A DNA stretch of 32,000 nucleotides from NCBI RefSeq assembly GCF_033088395.1, contig NZ_JAPMIW010000016.1:1-32000 (forward strand), in the 5' to 3' direction. Shown here piece after piece: positions 6,619 through 15,754 of the stretch (its first letter is position 1; every line of letters starts with the position of its first letter). Source of the DNA: Sporosarcina sp. GW1-11. GTDB lineage: Bacteria; Bacillota; Bacilli; Bacillales_A; Planococcaceae. The notes beneath the pieces were generated by a model. That model was not told the origin of the DNA, did no database searches, and saw nothing but the letters and a program-made list of their open reading frames with translations. Position numbers and translations under genes: made by a program.

Positions 6619-8808
6619 ATGAAAAAAAGTGTTGTATTGGCTGAAAAACCATCCGTTGCACGCGATATTGCTCGTGTACTTAACTGTAATAAAAAAGGAA
6701 ATGGCTATTTAGAAGGTGATAAGTACATCGTGACTTGGGCGCTCGGCCACCTTGTGACACTCGCAGACCCAGAAAACTATGATACGAAATATAAGACCTG
6801 GAAATTAGATGATTTACCGATGATGCCTGCTGATTTGAAACTGACAGTCATTAAACAAACGAGCAAACAATATAATGCCGTGAAATCGCAGCTACTGCGC
6901 CCGGACGTAGGAGATATCATTATTGGAACAGATGCCGGACGTGAAGGTGAGCTCGTTGCACGCTGGATCATTGAAAAAGCAAAAGTAAAAAAACCGATCA
7001 AACGCCTGTGGATTTCATCCGTTACAGACAAAGCAATCAAAGACGGTTTTGCACAATTAAAACCAGGTAAGGCCTACGAAAACTTATACGAAGCAGCAGT
7101 TGCTCGTTCGGAAGCAGATTGGTATATCGGCTTAAACGCAACTCGTGCACTAACGACGAAATTCAATGCTCAGCTGAACTGCGGACGCGTCCAGACCCCT
7201 GTCGTTGCAATCATCGCGCAGCGTGAAGATGAGATTAACACATTCCGTCCGAAAACATTCTATGGTATCGAAGCACAAACGGATTCTAAATTGAAACTAA
7301 CATGGCAAGATGCAAAAACGAATGATACGCGTTCATTTGATCGTGAAAAAATTTCTTCTATCGTTAAAAAGGTTGATGGCAAGCAAGCGATTATCGAAAA
7401 CGTAGATAAGAAAGCAAAAAAGACGTTCTCGCCAGGACTCTATGATCTGACAGAACTCCAACGTGACGCTAACAAACTATTCGGCTACTCTGCAAAAGAT
7501 ACGCTGAACATCATGCAAAAACTATATGAGCAGCATAAATTGCTAACGTATCCACGGACAGACTCACGTTTCCTATCAAGTGACCTAGTCGCCACCCTAC
7601 CGGAACGCTTGAAAACTTGCGGTATCGGAGAGTATCGTACACTTGCGAATAAAATATTGAAACATCCAATCAAAGCGAATAAATCTTTCGTCGACGATAA
7701 TAAAGTATCTGATCACCACGCAATCATTCCGACAGAAGAAATCGTACTACGTGATAAACTGTCCGATAGAGAACGTAAAATCTATGACCTAGTCGTCAAA
7801 CGCTTCCTAGCAGTTCTGTTCCCTGCGCATGAATATGAGCAACTAACAGTCCATGCAAAAATCGCAGACGAACGCTTTACCGCGCGTGGCAAAACAATTT
7901 TATCGGCTGGTTGGAAAGAAGTCTACAACAACCAATTTGACGATGAAGATGCAGAGCAAGACACAAAAGAACAGCTTTTGCCGAAACTGGCAAAAGGTGA
8001 TGCACTGAACATCGAATTCGTTAAAGAAACATCCGGCCAAACAAAGCCTCCTGCTCGTTTCAATGAAGCAACTCTTTTATCCGCCATGGAAAACCCAACG
8101 AAGTATATGGGTACTCAGGATAAGAAACTTGCAGAAACATTGAAATCTACAGGCGGACTTGGAACCGTCGCAACACGTGCGGATATTATCGACAAACTGT
8201 TTAATTCCTTCCTTATCGAAAAGCGCGGAAAAGATATCCACGTCACGAACAAAGGAAAACAGCTACTCGAATTAGTACCCGACGAGCTAAAATCACCTAC
8301 CCTAACGGCAGAATGGGAATTAAAACTAGAGAAAATTGCTAAAGGTCAACTGAAAAAAGAAGCATTTATTACTGAAATGAAAGGCTATACGAAAGAAATC
8401 GTTTCAGAAATCAAAGCAAGTGACGCAAAATTCAAGCATGATAATATTTCGACAAAGACTTGTCCAGACTGCGGCAAGCCAATGCTTGAAGTAAACGGGA
8501 AACACGGCAAAATGCTCGTTTGCCAAGATCGTGAATGCGGCCACCGTAAAAACGTCTCACGCGTAACAAATGCTCGCTGCCCGCAGTGTAAAAAGAAGAT
8601 GGAGTTGCGCGGCGAAGGCGAAGGGCAGATCTTTACATGTAAATGTGGATACCGTGAAAAGCTTTCAGCGTTCAAAGCCCGTCGCGAGAAGAATTCAAAG
8701 GGTAAAGTTAATAAGCGCGATGTACAGAAATACCTAAAGAAAAACAACGACGAACCTATCAACAACCCATTTGCAGATGCGTTAAAAGGTTTGAAATTGG
8801 ACGATTGA
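6619..8808 (+). CDS. topB: DNA topoisomerase III
   Basis: 729 aa from MKKSVVLAEKPSVARDIA (AAAGGAG 8 nt upstream). Toprim motif GTDAGREGE, type IA core (QTPVVAII, LTYPRTDSR with the catalytic Tyr), and a C-terminal Cys4 zinc-ribbon region (CPDCG...CQDRECGH...CPQCKKK...CKCG). Confidence 0.95.
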   Translation: MKKSVVLAEKPSVARDIARVLNCNKKGNGYLEGDKYIVTWALGHLVTLADPENYDTKYKTWKLDDLPMMPADLKLTVIKQTSKQYNAVKSQLLRPDVGDIIIGTDAGREGELVARWIIEKAKVKKPIKRLWISSVTDKAIKDGFAQLKPGKAYENLYEAAVARSEADWYIGLNATRALTTKFNAQLNCGRVQTPVVAIIAQREDEINTFRPKTFYGIEAQTDSKLKLTWQDAKTNDTRSFDREKISSIVKKVDGKQAIIENVDKKAKKTFSPGLYDLTELQRDANKLFGYSAKDTLNIMQKLYEQHKLLTYPRTDSRFLSSDLVATLPERLKTCGIGEYRTLANKILKHPIKANKSFVDDNKVSDHHAIIPTEEIVLRDKLSDRERKIYDLVVKRFLAVLFPAHEYEQLTVHAKIADERFTARGKTILSAGWKEVYNNQFDDEDAEQDTKEQLLPKLAKGDALNIEFVKETSGQTKPPARFNEATLLSAMENPTKYMGTQDKKLAETLKSTGGLGTVATRADIIDKLFNSFLIEKRGKDIHVTNKGKQLLELVPDELKSPTLTAEWELKLEKIAKGQLKKEAFITEMKGYTKEIVSEIKASDAKFKHDNISTKTCPDCGKPMLEVNGKHGKMLVCQDRECGHRKNVSRVTNARCPQCKKKMELRGEGEGQIFTCKCGYREKLSAFKARREKNSKGKVNKRDVQKYLKKNNDEPINNPFADALKGLKLDD

Positions 8809-8902
8809 TTTGGTTTGGCGCGGCTTCGGGACACTTTGGCGCGGTCCAACAGCCGGTTCGCGCTGTCGCCAGTCAACGTTTCTCCTTCCATTCCAAACAA
8901 AA

Positions 8903-8940
8903 AAGGTGTCCCACACGCAAAAATACGTGTAGGACACCTT
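8903..8940. terminator. Bidirectional terminator between convergent topB and proS
   Basis: AAGGTGTCC...ACACG / CGTGT...GGACACCTT long interrupted stem, flanked by an A-run (8897-8904) and a T-run (8939-8943). Confidence 0.8.
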
Positions 8941-8946
8941 TTTAAC

Positions 8947-10383
8947 TTAGTAAGCTCGCGCAAACCAAACCGTATGCTTGGACTCTTTACCACAATTAAT
9001 ACAAGTATCTTTCTTTGCTGGTGGAGTGAACGGAATATTACGCGTAGTAAATTTCGTCTCGTCTTTCACATGCTCTTCACATGCATCATCGCCACACCAA
9101 CCTGCAAGAATCCAGCCTGGAATTTCTTCATTCGCAGCGCTGTCTTCGATATGCTTTTTCAACTCTTCTAGTGTTGCGATATGCGTATGAGAATGCTCTT
9201 CACGGAACGCACGCGCTTTTTCAAGCAGGCGAGTTTGCATTGTTGTCAACTCTTGTTCAATGCTCGCAACCGCTTCAGCCAAATTAACCGCCACTTTTTC
9301 TTCACCGTCACGCGCTTTCATCAACGCTTGTCCATTCTCAAGATCACGTGGTCCGAGCTCTAAGCGGACAGGAACACCTTTTAGTTCCCATTCATTGAAC
9401 TTGAAGCCAGGTGATTGATCGGAATCGTCTAAACGCACACGAATTCCTTTAGACTTCAATTCAGCATAAATTTCATCCAGCTTTTCCATAATGGCTGGAT
9501 TCTTTTTCCATGGACCTACCGGAATCAACACCACTTGTGTTGGTGCGATACGTGGAGGTAATACTAACCCTTGCTCGTCACCATGAACCATAATAACCGA
9601 ACCAATCAAACGAGTGGACGTTCCCCATGATGTTGTGTGTACGAATTGATGCTTATTTTCTTTTGTTAAGTATTTGATATCAAATGCTTCCGCAAACTTT
9701 GTTCCTAAGTAATGTGAAGTACCAGCTTGTACGGCTTTTCCGTCCTTCATCATCGCCTCGATAGAAAACGTATCTACAGCTCCAGCAAAACGCTCTGACG
9801 GTGTTTTTTGACCGTCGTATACTGGAATTGCAAGTAGTTCTTCTACGACTTCCTTATAAATCTCAAGCATCTGCATCGTTTCTTTGCGTGCTTCTTCTTC
9901 ATCAACATGCGCTGTATGCCCTTCTTGCCATAGGAACTCAGACGTACGGATAAACGGTAGCGTCTTCTTCTCCCAACGGAATACGTTTGCCCACTGATTA
10001 ATCAGTACAGGAAGATCACGATAGCTTTTAATCCAGTCAGAATACAAATGACCAATCATTGTTTCGGAAGTCGGACGAAGTGCCAAACGTTCTTCCAACT
10101 TTTCTCCAGCGGCTTCCGTCACCCACGGTAATTCTGGGGAGAATCCTTCAATATGATCTTTTTCTTTTTGGAAAAATGATTCAGGGATAAGCATCGGGAA
10201 ATATGCATTACGGTGACCCGTTTCTTTAAAACGACGATCCATTTCATTTTTAATGTGCTCCCAGATTTCATAGCCATCCGGTTTAAACGCGATACATCCG
10301 CGTACTGGTGTATAATCCATCAAATCCGCCTTCTGGATTGTGTCGATGTACCATTTCGTAAAATCATTTTGCTGATTGCTCAT
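8947..10383 (-). CDS. proS: Prolyl-tRNA synthetase, archaeal/eukaryotic-like type (no INS editing domain, C-terminal zinc-binding domain ending in Tyr)
   Basis: 478 aa. N-terminus FTKWYIDTIQKADLMDYTPVRGCIAFKPDGYEIWE, class II motifs (FRWE...RTSEFLWQEGHTAH, GTSH), anticodon-binding domain, C-terminus CINCGKESKHTVWFARAY. Confidence 0.92.
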   Translation of the reverse strand: MSNQQNDFTKWYIDTIQKADLMDYTPVRGCIAFKPDGYEIWEHIKNEMDRRFKETGHRNAYFPMLIPESFFQKEKDHIEGFSPELPWVTEAAGEKLEERLALRPTSETMIGHLYSDWIKSYRDLPVLINQWANVFRWEKKTLPFIRTSEFLWQEGHTAHVDEEEARKETMQMLEIYKEVVEELLAIPVYDGQKTPSERFAGAVDTFSIEAMMKDGKAVQAGTSHYLGTKFAEAFDIKYLTKENKHQFVHTTSWGTSTRLIGSVIMVHGDEQGLVLPPRIAPTQVVLIPVGPWKKNPAIMEKLDEIYAELKSKGIRVRLDDSDQSPGFKFNEWELKGVPVRLELGPRDLENGQALMKARDGEEKVAVNLAEAVASIEQELTTMQTRLLEKARAFREEHSHTHIATLEELKKHIEDSAANEEIPGWILAGWCGDDACEEHVKDETKFTTRNIPFTPPAKKDTCINCGKESKHTVWFARAY

Positions 10384-10504
10384 TACTTCATTTCCTCCTT
10401 AGTAAAAACCGAACTTTAGGTATTCCATACTGCTAATCATATAACAAATCATGCATTCCTACAATTGAATGTGGTAACAATGACTGGTTATGCCCATAAA
10501 CTTC

Positions 10505-10532
10505 AAAAAACTGCCCCCATAAATGCGGACAG
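10505..10532 (-). terminator. Intrinsic terminator of the EamA gene
   Basis: On the minus strand CTGTCC-(10-nt loop)-GGGCAG (one G-U pair), followed by TTTTTT. Confidence 0.55.
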
Positions 10533-10602
10533 CTTCGAATTGTTCAAATTAACTTCTCTTCCGTCAAGACCAACTGCGGCTCTTTCATATTAATTGCCAC
10601 TG

Positions 10603-11499
10603 TCAGTATGTAACGGTCAGTATAGCAGGTTGCTTCTTTCGATAGTTAACAAAGTAAATACTGAGGACTACCAACACCAATCCCGCAATCAACTTAAATG
10701 TAATAGTTTCCCCAACAACTATCGTACTGACGAAGACGGAAATAATGGGTACTAGAAAGGTAAAAACACCCACTTTACTTGCTACTCCAGCTTGAAGTAG
10801 TTTGTAGTAAATGATATACGCTACTGGAATCCCTACCGTACTGCCGAATCCAACTCCAAAAAGAAACATGCCATTCCACTCGATGGCAGACCAACTTTCT
10901 GTCAATGAACCCAACAGGAGCAACACAGCGCCACCAATCGTAAACTGCATGGCCACCATCCAAAAAGCATTCACCTCTTCACTTACTTTCTTGACATAAA
11001 TCACACCGATCGCCCAGAAGAAAGCTGTCAGCAATCCTAATAGCACCCCAATTCCGGATAAGTGACTAGTCAATCCGTCCACACTTACGATGCTGATTCC
11101 GATAAATCCGAGAAAAAGGCCGAATACGTTAAGCACCGTCATGCGTTCACCTAGCCAAATCCAAGCAAATACCCCTAACAAAACGGGTTGGAAATAGACT
11201 AATACAGATAAGAGTCCTCCAGGCAAATAATTAAAACCTAAAGTATGCAATCCAAAAAACAGAACGGTATTGAACAATGCCGAAATACAGTACTTCCTCC
11301 AATGTTGTCGCCACTTCAGCTCACTGCGAAAACGAAGCATCACTAACACAACCAAACAGCCACCAAATAAAGCACGCATTCCTCCAAACAATAAAGGCGG
11401 TGCGTAGGCAGCAGATACTTTATAAATCGGCCAACTAATACCCCATATGGACACAAGCAGTAATAAAGCCGCTGTTGTTTTTTTATTCAATCCGCTCAC
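10603..11499 (-). CDS. EamA/DMT-family transporter (10-TM drug/metabolite exporter type)
   Basis: 298 aa, hydrophobic throughout, with two internally similar halves (two EamA repeats). Confidence 0.8.
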   Translation of the reverse strand: MSGLNKKTTAALLLLVSIWGISWPIYKVSAAYAPPLLFGGMRALFGGCLVVLVMLRFRSELKWRQHWRKYCISALFNTVLFFGLHTLGFNYLPGGLLSVLVYFQPVLLGVFAWIWLGERMTVLNVFGLFLGFIGISIVSVDGLTSHLSGIGVLLGLLTAFFWAIGVIYVKKVSEEVNAFWMVAMQFTIGGAVLLLLGSLTESWSAIEWNGMFLFGVGFGSTVGIPVAYIIYYKLLQAGVASKVGVFTFLVPIISVFVSTIVVGETITFKLIAGLVLVVLSIYFVNYRKKQPAILTVTY

Positions 11500-11610
11500 C
11501 TCTTCTTCGATAGACCTTTTGTAGTATATTCTAGAAATGACTTTCGAGACCGCTTAACGGTTTTCTTTTATACCAATATTACTTATTATTACATATGGAG
11601 GCGATTTTAA

Positions 11611-12027
11611 TTGAAAAAGATCTATTTATTAATGATAACTGCCGCTATGCTCGTGGCCTGCAGTAACGAAGAGAAACAGAAAACAACAGAAAAGGTAGCA
11701 CCCATTGAACAAAACAATCTTGAAGTAGAGGAAGGCTTAAAAGCAGGTACAACAGAATATGATTATGCAACTTTACTAGCAGATGAAGTATCCGTAAACG
11801 CAAAAGTGAAATTTGTAGGCATTGTTTACGCAACGAAAGATGGTGGCTTTGAATTAATAAGCGGTGTGGACAATACAGCTGATGAAATCGTAATGGTAGA
11901 CGATATTCGACTAGGCGAACGAACAAATATTGATAAAGGGACAGCCGTTACGGTATATGGTAGTTATAATGGGAAGAATGCGGATGGCGTACCGGTAATC
12001 AAAGGGATTTTTATCGACTTGGAATGA
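11611..12027 (+). CDS. Hypothetical lipoprotein
   Basis: TTG start with GGAGG 9 nt upstream. Signal peptide plus lipobox MLVAC|S. The mature ~120-aa domain has no family I can name. Confidence 0.6.
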   Translation: MKKIYLLMITAAMLVACSNEEKQKTTEKVAPIEQNNLEVEEGLKAGTTEYDYATLLADEVSVNAKVKFVGIVYATKDGGFELISGVDNTADEIVMVDDIRLGERTNIDKGTAVTVYGSYNGKNADGVPVIKGIFIDLE

Positions 12028-12099
12028 TGGACTTTTAAATCATTTTAGTTTTCATTAGGGCGTAAAGTGGGAATGATAAAAGAAAAGGAGAAGATACCG

Positions 12100-12483
12100 A
12101 TGAACAAAATCGCCCAGTGGATTATTTGGTTTCTCGTATTGATTCCTAATAGTATTCTTGTCTATTTATTCATATCTTTTTCACTCTTTGGCACAGCCGA
12201 AGGAGCTAGCCCCAGCTCTATCGATTACTTGATTGCAGTCGCTATCGTACTGATCACCAATATTACGACTATCCAGCTGGTTGTAGCCATCCAGAAACAG
12301 CGATCCCAAGGATTTATCTATGGTGTAATAGTGGCGGTCGCTCAAATACTTGGTCTGTACGTATTCGCTATAACGTTCTCCATAATTGGACTAGTTATTA
12401 CAGTTATTAGTATGTTCGTAGCACTAATTTTGTTAGTGAGGGCACTAAAACAGCCAGACCAAACGCTTGTCCATACTAAATAA
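12100..12483 (+). CDS. Hypothetical small integral membrane protein (about 4 TM)
   Basis: 127 aa from MNKIAQWIIW (AAGGAG 8 nt upstream). It has four hydrophobic stretches. There is no terminator between it and the lipoprotein gene. Confidence 0.55.
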   Translation: MNKIAQWIIWFLVLIPNSILVYLFISFSLFGTAEGASPSSIDYLIAVAIVLITNITTIQLVVAIQKQRSQGFIYGVIVAVAQILGLYVFAITFSIIGLVITVISMFVALILLVRALKQPDQTLVHTK

Positions 12484-12508
12484 TTCTCACTACCTTATCG
12501 CATAAAAA

Positions 12509-12545
12509 AGACCATCGATTCGCTCACTCGATGGTCTTTAATTAT
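12509..12545 (+). terminator. Intrinsic terminator after the lipoprotein/membrane-protein pair
   Basis: AGACCATCGA / TCGATGGTCT 10-bp stem, 9-nt loop, followed by a T/A-rich tract. Confidence 0.65.
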
Positions 12546-12796
12546 TGCCTAATTACTTTTGAATCTACAATCCATAATATGAGAGAAATAATCTCTTTTG
12601 GGGGTAAATTCCATTCTGAATCTTGAACGTAATAAAACTATTCACCCTCCTTGCAAGAATCGCAACATTTTTCCAATTTAATTATTTTAAGAAAGCATTT
12701 AACTAATGCTCTTTCTTCTATATACTGAGCAGAGTGTGAAAAATTTATAATTTTTCATGCTAATTGAATAGTATTTTTTAGATGAAGGAGATTTTT

Positions 12797-14329
12797 ATGG
12801 AAACACAAAAAAGAGGTTTCTTCCAAAAGTTTTTGGATATGATCGAGAAAACCGGTAACAGACTGCCACATCCGGTGACACTGTTCGCCCTTCTCGCTCT
12901 TTTAGTTATCGTTATATCAGCAGTTGTGTCGTATTTTGGCATTAGCGCTGAGCATCCGGGTAAAGAAGGCGAAATGATCGAAGTACAAAACCTTCTCAGT
13001 AGTGAAGGTATTCACTATATCATTACGAATATGACCAGTAACTTCATCGGTTTCGCTCCACTTGGCGTCGTCTTGATTACGATGCTCGGAATCGGGGTTG
13101 CGGAAGGTTCTGGACTCATTAGTGCGTTATTACGTGGCTTTGTAATGTCTGTTCCAAAACGCTTAATTACACTCGGTTTAGTATTTGCTGGGGTTATGTC
13201 GAGTGTCGCTTCCGATGCGGGTTATGTAGTTCTCCCTCCGCTTGGTGCAGTTTTATTCGCAGCGCTTGGTAGACATCCATTAGCAGGTCTTGCTGCAGCA
13301 TTTGCTGGGGTTTCAGGTGGTTTCAGTGCGAACTTACTACTGTCAGGAACAGATGCTTTGCTCGGTGAATTAACAATTATGTCCGCAGCGATCATCAATC
13401 CTGAGTACGCAGATGGTATGAATATTGCGATGAACTACTACTTCATTGCCTTTTCAGTTATCGTCCTGACATTCGTCGGTGCGTGGGTGACTGAAAAAGT
13501 CGTCGAACCACGTCTTGGGGAATACAACGGACAGTATCGTGAAAAGGTTGAGAAATTATCTTCTTTAGAAAAGAAAGGCTTAATCTGGGCTGGTGTGTCT
13601 GTAATTGTTGCAGGTATTCTCGTTGCATTACTCGTTGCCTTCCCTGGCGCTCCATTACGTGGGGATGAAGCCGATATGCCGATTATCAAATCACCATTTA
13701 TGAAATCACTTGTGCCAATCATTGCGTTCATGTTCTTCGTGCCTGGATTGGTTTATGGTAAAGTGACGAAATTGATTCGTGATGATAAAGATGTAGCAGC
13801 GATGATGTCAACGACGATGGCTGCTATGGGAATGTTTATTGTCCTATCATTCACAGCGAGTCAGTTCGTTGCATTCTTCTCCGAGTCGAATATGGGCTTA
13901 GTGTTAGGTGTATACGGTGCAAATTTCCTTGATAGCATTAACTTAAAAGGGATTCCGTTATTGTTGATGTTCATCTTAATTGCTGCGTTTATCAATCTGT
14001 TCATCGGTAGTGCGTCTGCCAAATGGGCTATGATGGCACCGGTATTCGTGCCAATCATGATGCAACTCGGTTATTCTCCGGAATTGACGCAAATGGCGTA
14101 CCGTGTAGCAGATTCATCAACAAATATTATCTCTCCGCTCATGACGTACTTTGCAATTATCATCGCATTTGCACAGAAGTACGATAAGAAAATGGGGATT
14201 GGTACACTCGTTGCCGTCATGTTCCCTTATTCCATGTTCTTCTTAGTATTCTGGAGTTTGACACTTATTGTCTGGATGTTACTGGGAATAGATTTAGGAC
14301 CTGGTTCTCCAATTTTCTACATCAAGTAA
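12797..14329 (+). CDS. AbgT-family transporter (p-aminobenzoyl-glutamate / antimetabolite transporter family)
   Basis: 510 aa from METQKRGFFQKFLDMIEKTGNRLPHPV (GAAGGAG 6 nt upstream). That N-terminus and the polytopic layout are typical of AbgT/MtrF proteins. Confidence 0.85.
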   Translation: METQKRGFFQKFLDMIEKTGNRLPHPVTLFALLALLVIVISAVVSYFGISAEHPGKEGEMIEVQNLLSSEGIHYIITNMTSNFIGFAPLGVVLITMLGIGVAEGSGLISALLRGFVMSVPKRLITLGLVFAGVMSSVASDAGYVVLPPLGAVLFAALGRHPLAGLAAAFAGVSGGFSANLLLSGTDALLGELTIMSAAIINPEYADGMNIAMNYYFIAFSVIVLTFVGAWVTEKVVEPRLGEYNGQYREKVEKLSSLEKKGLIWAGVSVIVAGILVALLVAFPGAPLRGDEADMPIIKSPFMKSLVPIIAFMFFVPGLVYGKVTKLIRDDKDVAAMMSTTMAAMGMFIVLSFTASQFVAFFSESNMGLVLGVYGANFLDSINLKGIPLLLMFILIAAFINLFIGSASAKWAMMAPVFVPIMMQLGYSPELTQMAYRVADSSTNIISPLMTYFAIIIAFAQKYDKKMGIGTLVAVMFPYSMFFLVFWSLTLIVWMLLGIDLGPGSPIFYIK

Positions 14330-14339
14330 CTACTAATTT

Positions 14340-14374
14340 CCCCGTAAGAGCATTCATTGCTCTTACGGGGTTTT
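14340..14374 (+). terminator. Intrinsic terminator of the AbgT gene
   Basis: CCCCGTAAGAGC / GCTCTTACGGGG 12-bp stem, 7-nt loop, TTTT. Confidence 0.85.
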
Positions 14375-14424
14375 CATGTCACTATAATAATTGATATTGA
14401 TGATTATTGATGAATGAACCAGAG

Positions 14425-14461
14425 GATTACCACTTTCTAGTAGGAAGGGTAATCGTTTTTT
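14425..14461 (+). terminator. Second, orphan intrinsic terminator 50 nt after the first
   Basis: GATTACC(A)CTTTC / GGAAG GGTAATC stem (12 bp with one bulge and one G-U), 5-nt loop, then G plus TTTTTT. Confidence 0.7.
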
Positions 14462-14545
14462 ACATAATTCCAGCATATAGTCACTTGATTTCCTCAAATT
14501 TAGGATTACACTAAAAAAAGAACTTTTGATAAGGGGCAACTAATT

Positions 14546-15754
14546 ATGAAATCTATTCTTCAACCTATCTTCACACGTTATTGGAACCCCTATGTCGTCT
14601 TACTAATTGCTGGAATATTAAGTGCGTTATATTTCACACTAACTTCGACTGTTTGGGCCGTAACTGGTGAATTCACTCGCCTTGGAGGAGATCTACTATT
14701 ATTATTCGGAGTGGATATCTCGGGCTGGCAATATTTTGATATGGTACACCTGCAAGGGACGACCTGGAATCGCCCAGACGGTTGGATTGTTTGGGGAATG
14801 TTTGCTGGTGCTCTCATTATGGTATTACTAAGCAATAGTTTTAAAATTCGCCTGCCAAAGCAGAAACGACGCTACGTACAAGGACTTTTCGGTGGAATCA
14901 TTGCAGGTTTTGGCGCGCGTTTAGCACTTGGCTGTAACTTAGCCGCATTCTTCACAGGCGTACCACAGTTCTCTTTTCACTCGTGGATTTTCATTGTTGC
15001 GACGGGAATCGGGACATTTTTTGGAGCGAAGCTAACAAAAACACGGTGGTGGAAGGGTAAACCCTCTTTGACTCGTGGTGGCGGTAACCCATCTCCAGTT
15101 AAGAAGCGAATCATTCAACCTTATATTGGGGGAGCCATCGCGGTACTCTATATCGGATTAATCGTCTACTTCTTTGCAACAGGGCAAAAGTTTCTAGGTT
15201 TAGGCGCATTATTTGGACTCGCTTTCGGTATTCTGATTGAACGTGGGCAAATCTGCTTCACATCTGCTTTCCGTGATTTATTTCTTGTCGGACGCAGCGT
15301 CATGGCGAAAGCGATTATTATCGGTATGGCTGTCAGCTCCATTCTGACGATTAGTGTTATTTCCCTATTCGATTTGACGCCCATTACACAAATCGCAGCA
15401 CTGAGTACGTTTGTTGGTGGTGTGTTATTCGGACTTGGGATCGTCATGGCTTCCGGCTGTGAAACAGGAATGATGTATCGTTTAATGGAAGGACAGTTGC
15501 TGTTCTTGCCTGTTTTTGTGGGCAATATTATTGGTGCTACGTTCCTAGCCTATGCATGGGATCATCTTAGGGTATATACTGTATTAGTTAAAAGTGGTAC
15601 GAAAGTTAATTTGATTGACTCTATCGGTCCGGTTGGCGCTATTAGCGTAACGCTCGCTATGCTAGCAGGACTCTATGCGCTAACAGTCTATGGAGAAAAA
15701 CGCTATCACCGAAAATTGATTGCAAAGAAGGGAATGAACGTTCATGCAAGCTGA
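14546..15754 (+). CDS. yeeE: YeeE/YedE-family thiosulfate transporter (TsuA-like)
   Basis: 402 aa, polytopic. Three conserved Cys-containing re-entrant motifs (ALGCNLAAFF, GQICFTSAF, ASGCETG) are typical of the family. SD AAGGGG lies upstream. Confidence 0.85.
   Translation: MKSILQPIFTRYWNPYVVLLIAGILSALYFTLTSTVWAVTGEFTRLGGDLLLLFGVDISGWQYFDMVHLQGTTWNRPDGWIVWGMFAGALIMVLLSNSFKIRLPKQKRRYVQGLFGGIIAGFGARLALGCNLAAFFTGVPQFSFHSWIFIVATGIGTFFGAKLTKTRWWKGKPSLTRGGGNPSPVKKRIIQPYIGGAIAVLYIGLIVYFFATGQKFLGLGALFGLAFGILIERGQICFTSAFRDLFLVGRSVMAKAIIIGMAVSSILTISVISLFDLTPITQIAALSTFVGGVLFGLGIVMASGCETGMMYRLMEGQLLFLPVFVGNIIGATFLAYAWDHLRVYTVLVKSGTKVNLIDSIGPVGAISVTLAMLAGLYALTVYGEKRYHRKLIAKKGMNVHAS

Noticed and set aside
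6461-6661. 66-aa minus-strand ORF in the yqeY-topB divergent promoter region
   Set aside because: It overlaps the topB start and the candidate topB promoter, has no SD and has no recognisable motif.
10384-10602. Expected T-box leader upstream of proS
   Set aside because: No T-box sequence or specifier-loop architecture was found on the minus strand. Part of the region is taken up by the eamA terminator.
12546-12796. Possible folate (THF) or other riboswitch in the 250-nt AT-rich leader region of the AbgT-family gene. Also small minus-strand ORFs following AAGGAGGG (about 12640-12655)
   Set aside because: I could find no conserved riboswitch core and no stable multi-stem structure. The minus-strand SD-like sequence has no start codon at proper spacing (the GTG abuts it and the ATG is 25 nt away).
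14462-14545. CymR-type operator (GGAATT-containing box) upstream of yeeE
   Set aside because: Only the GGAATT core (reverse complement of 14466-14471) matches. Aligning the remaining positions to the remembered 27-bp consensus gave mostly mismatches.
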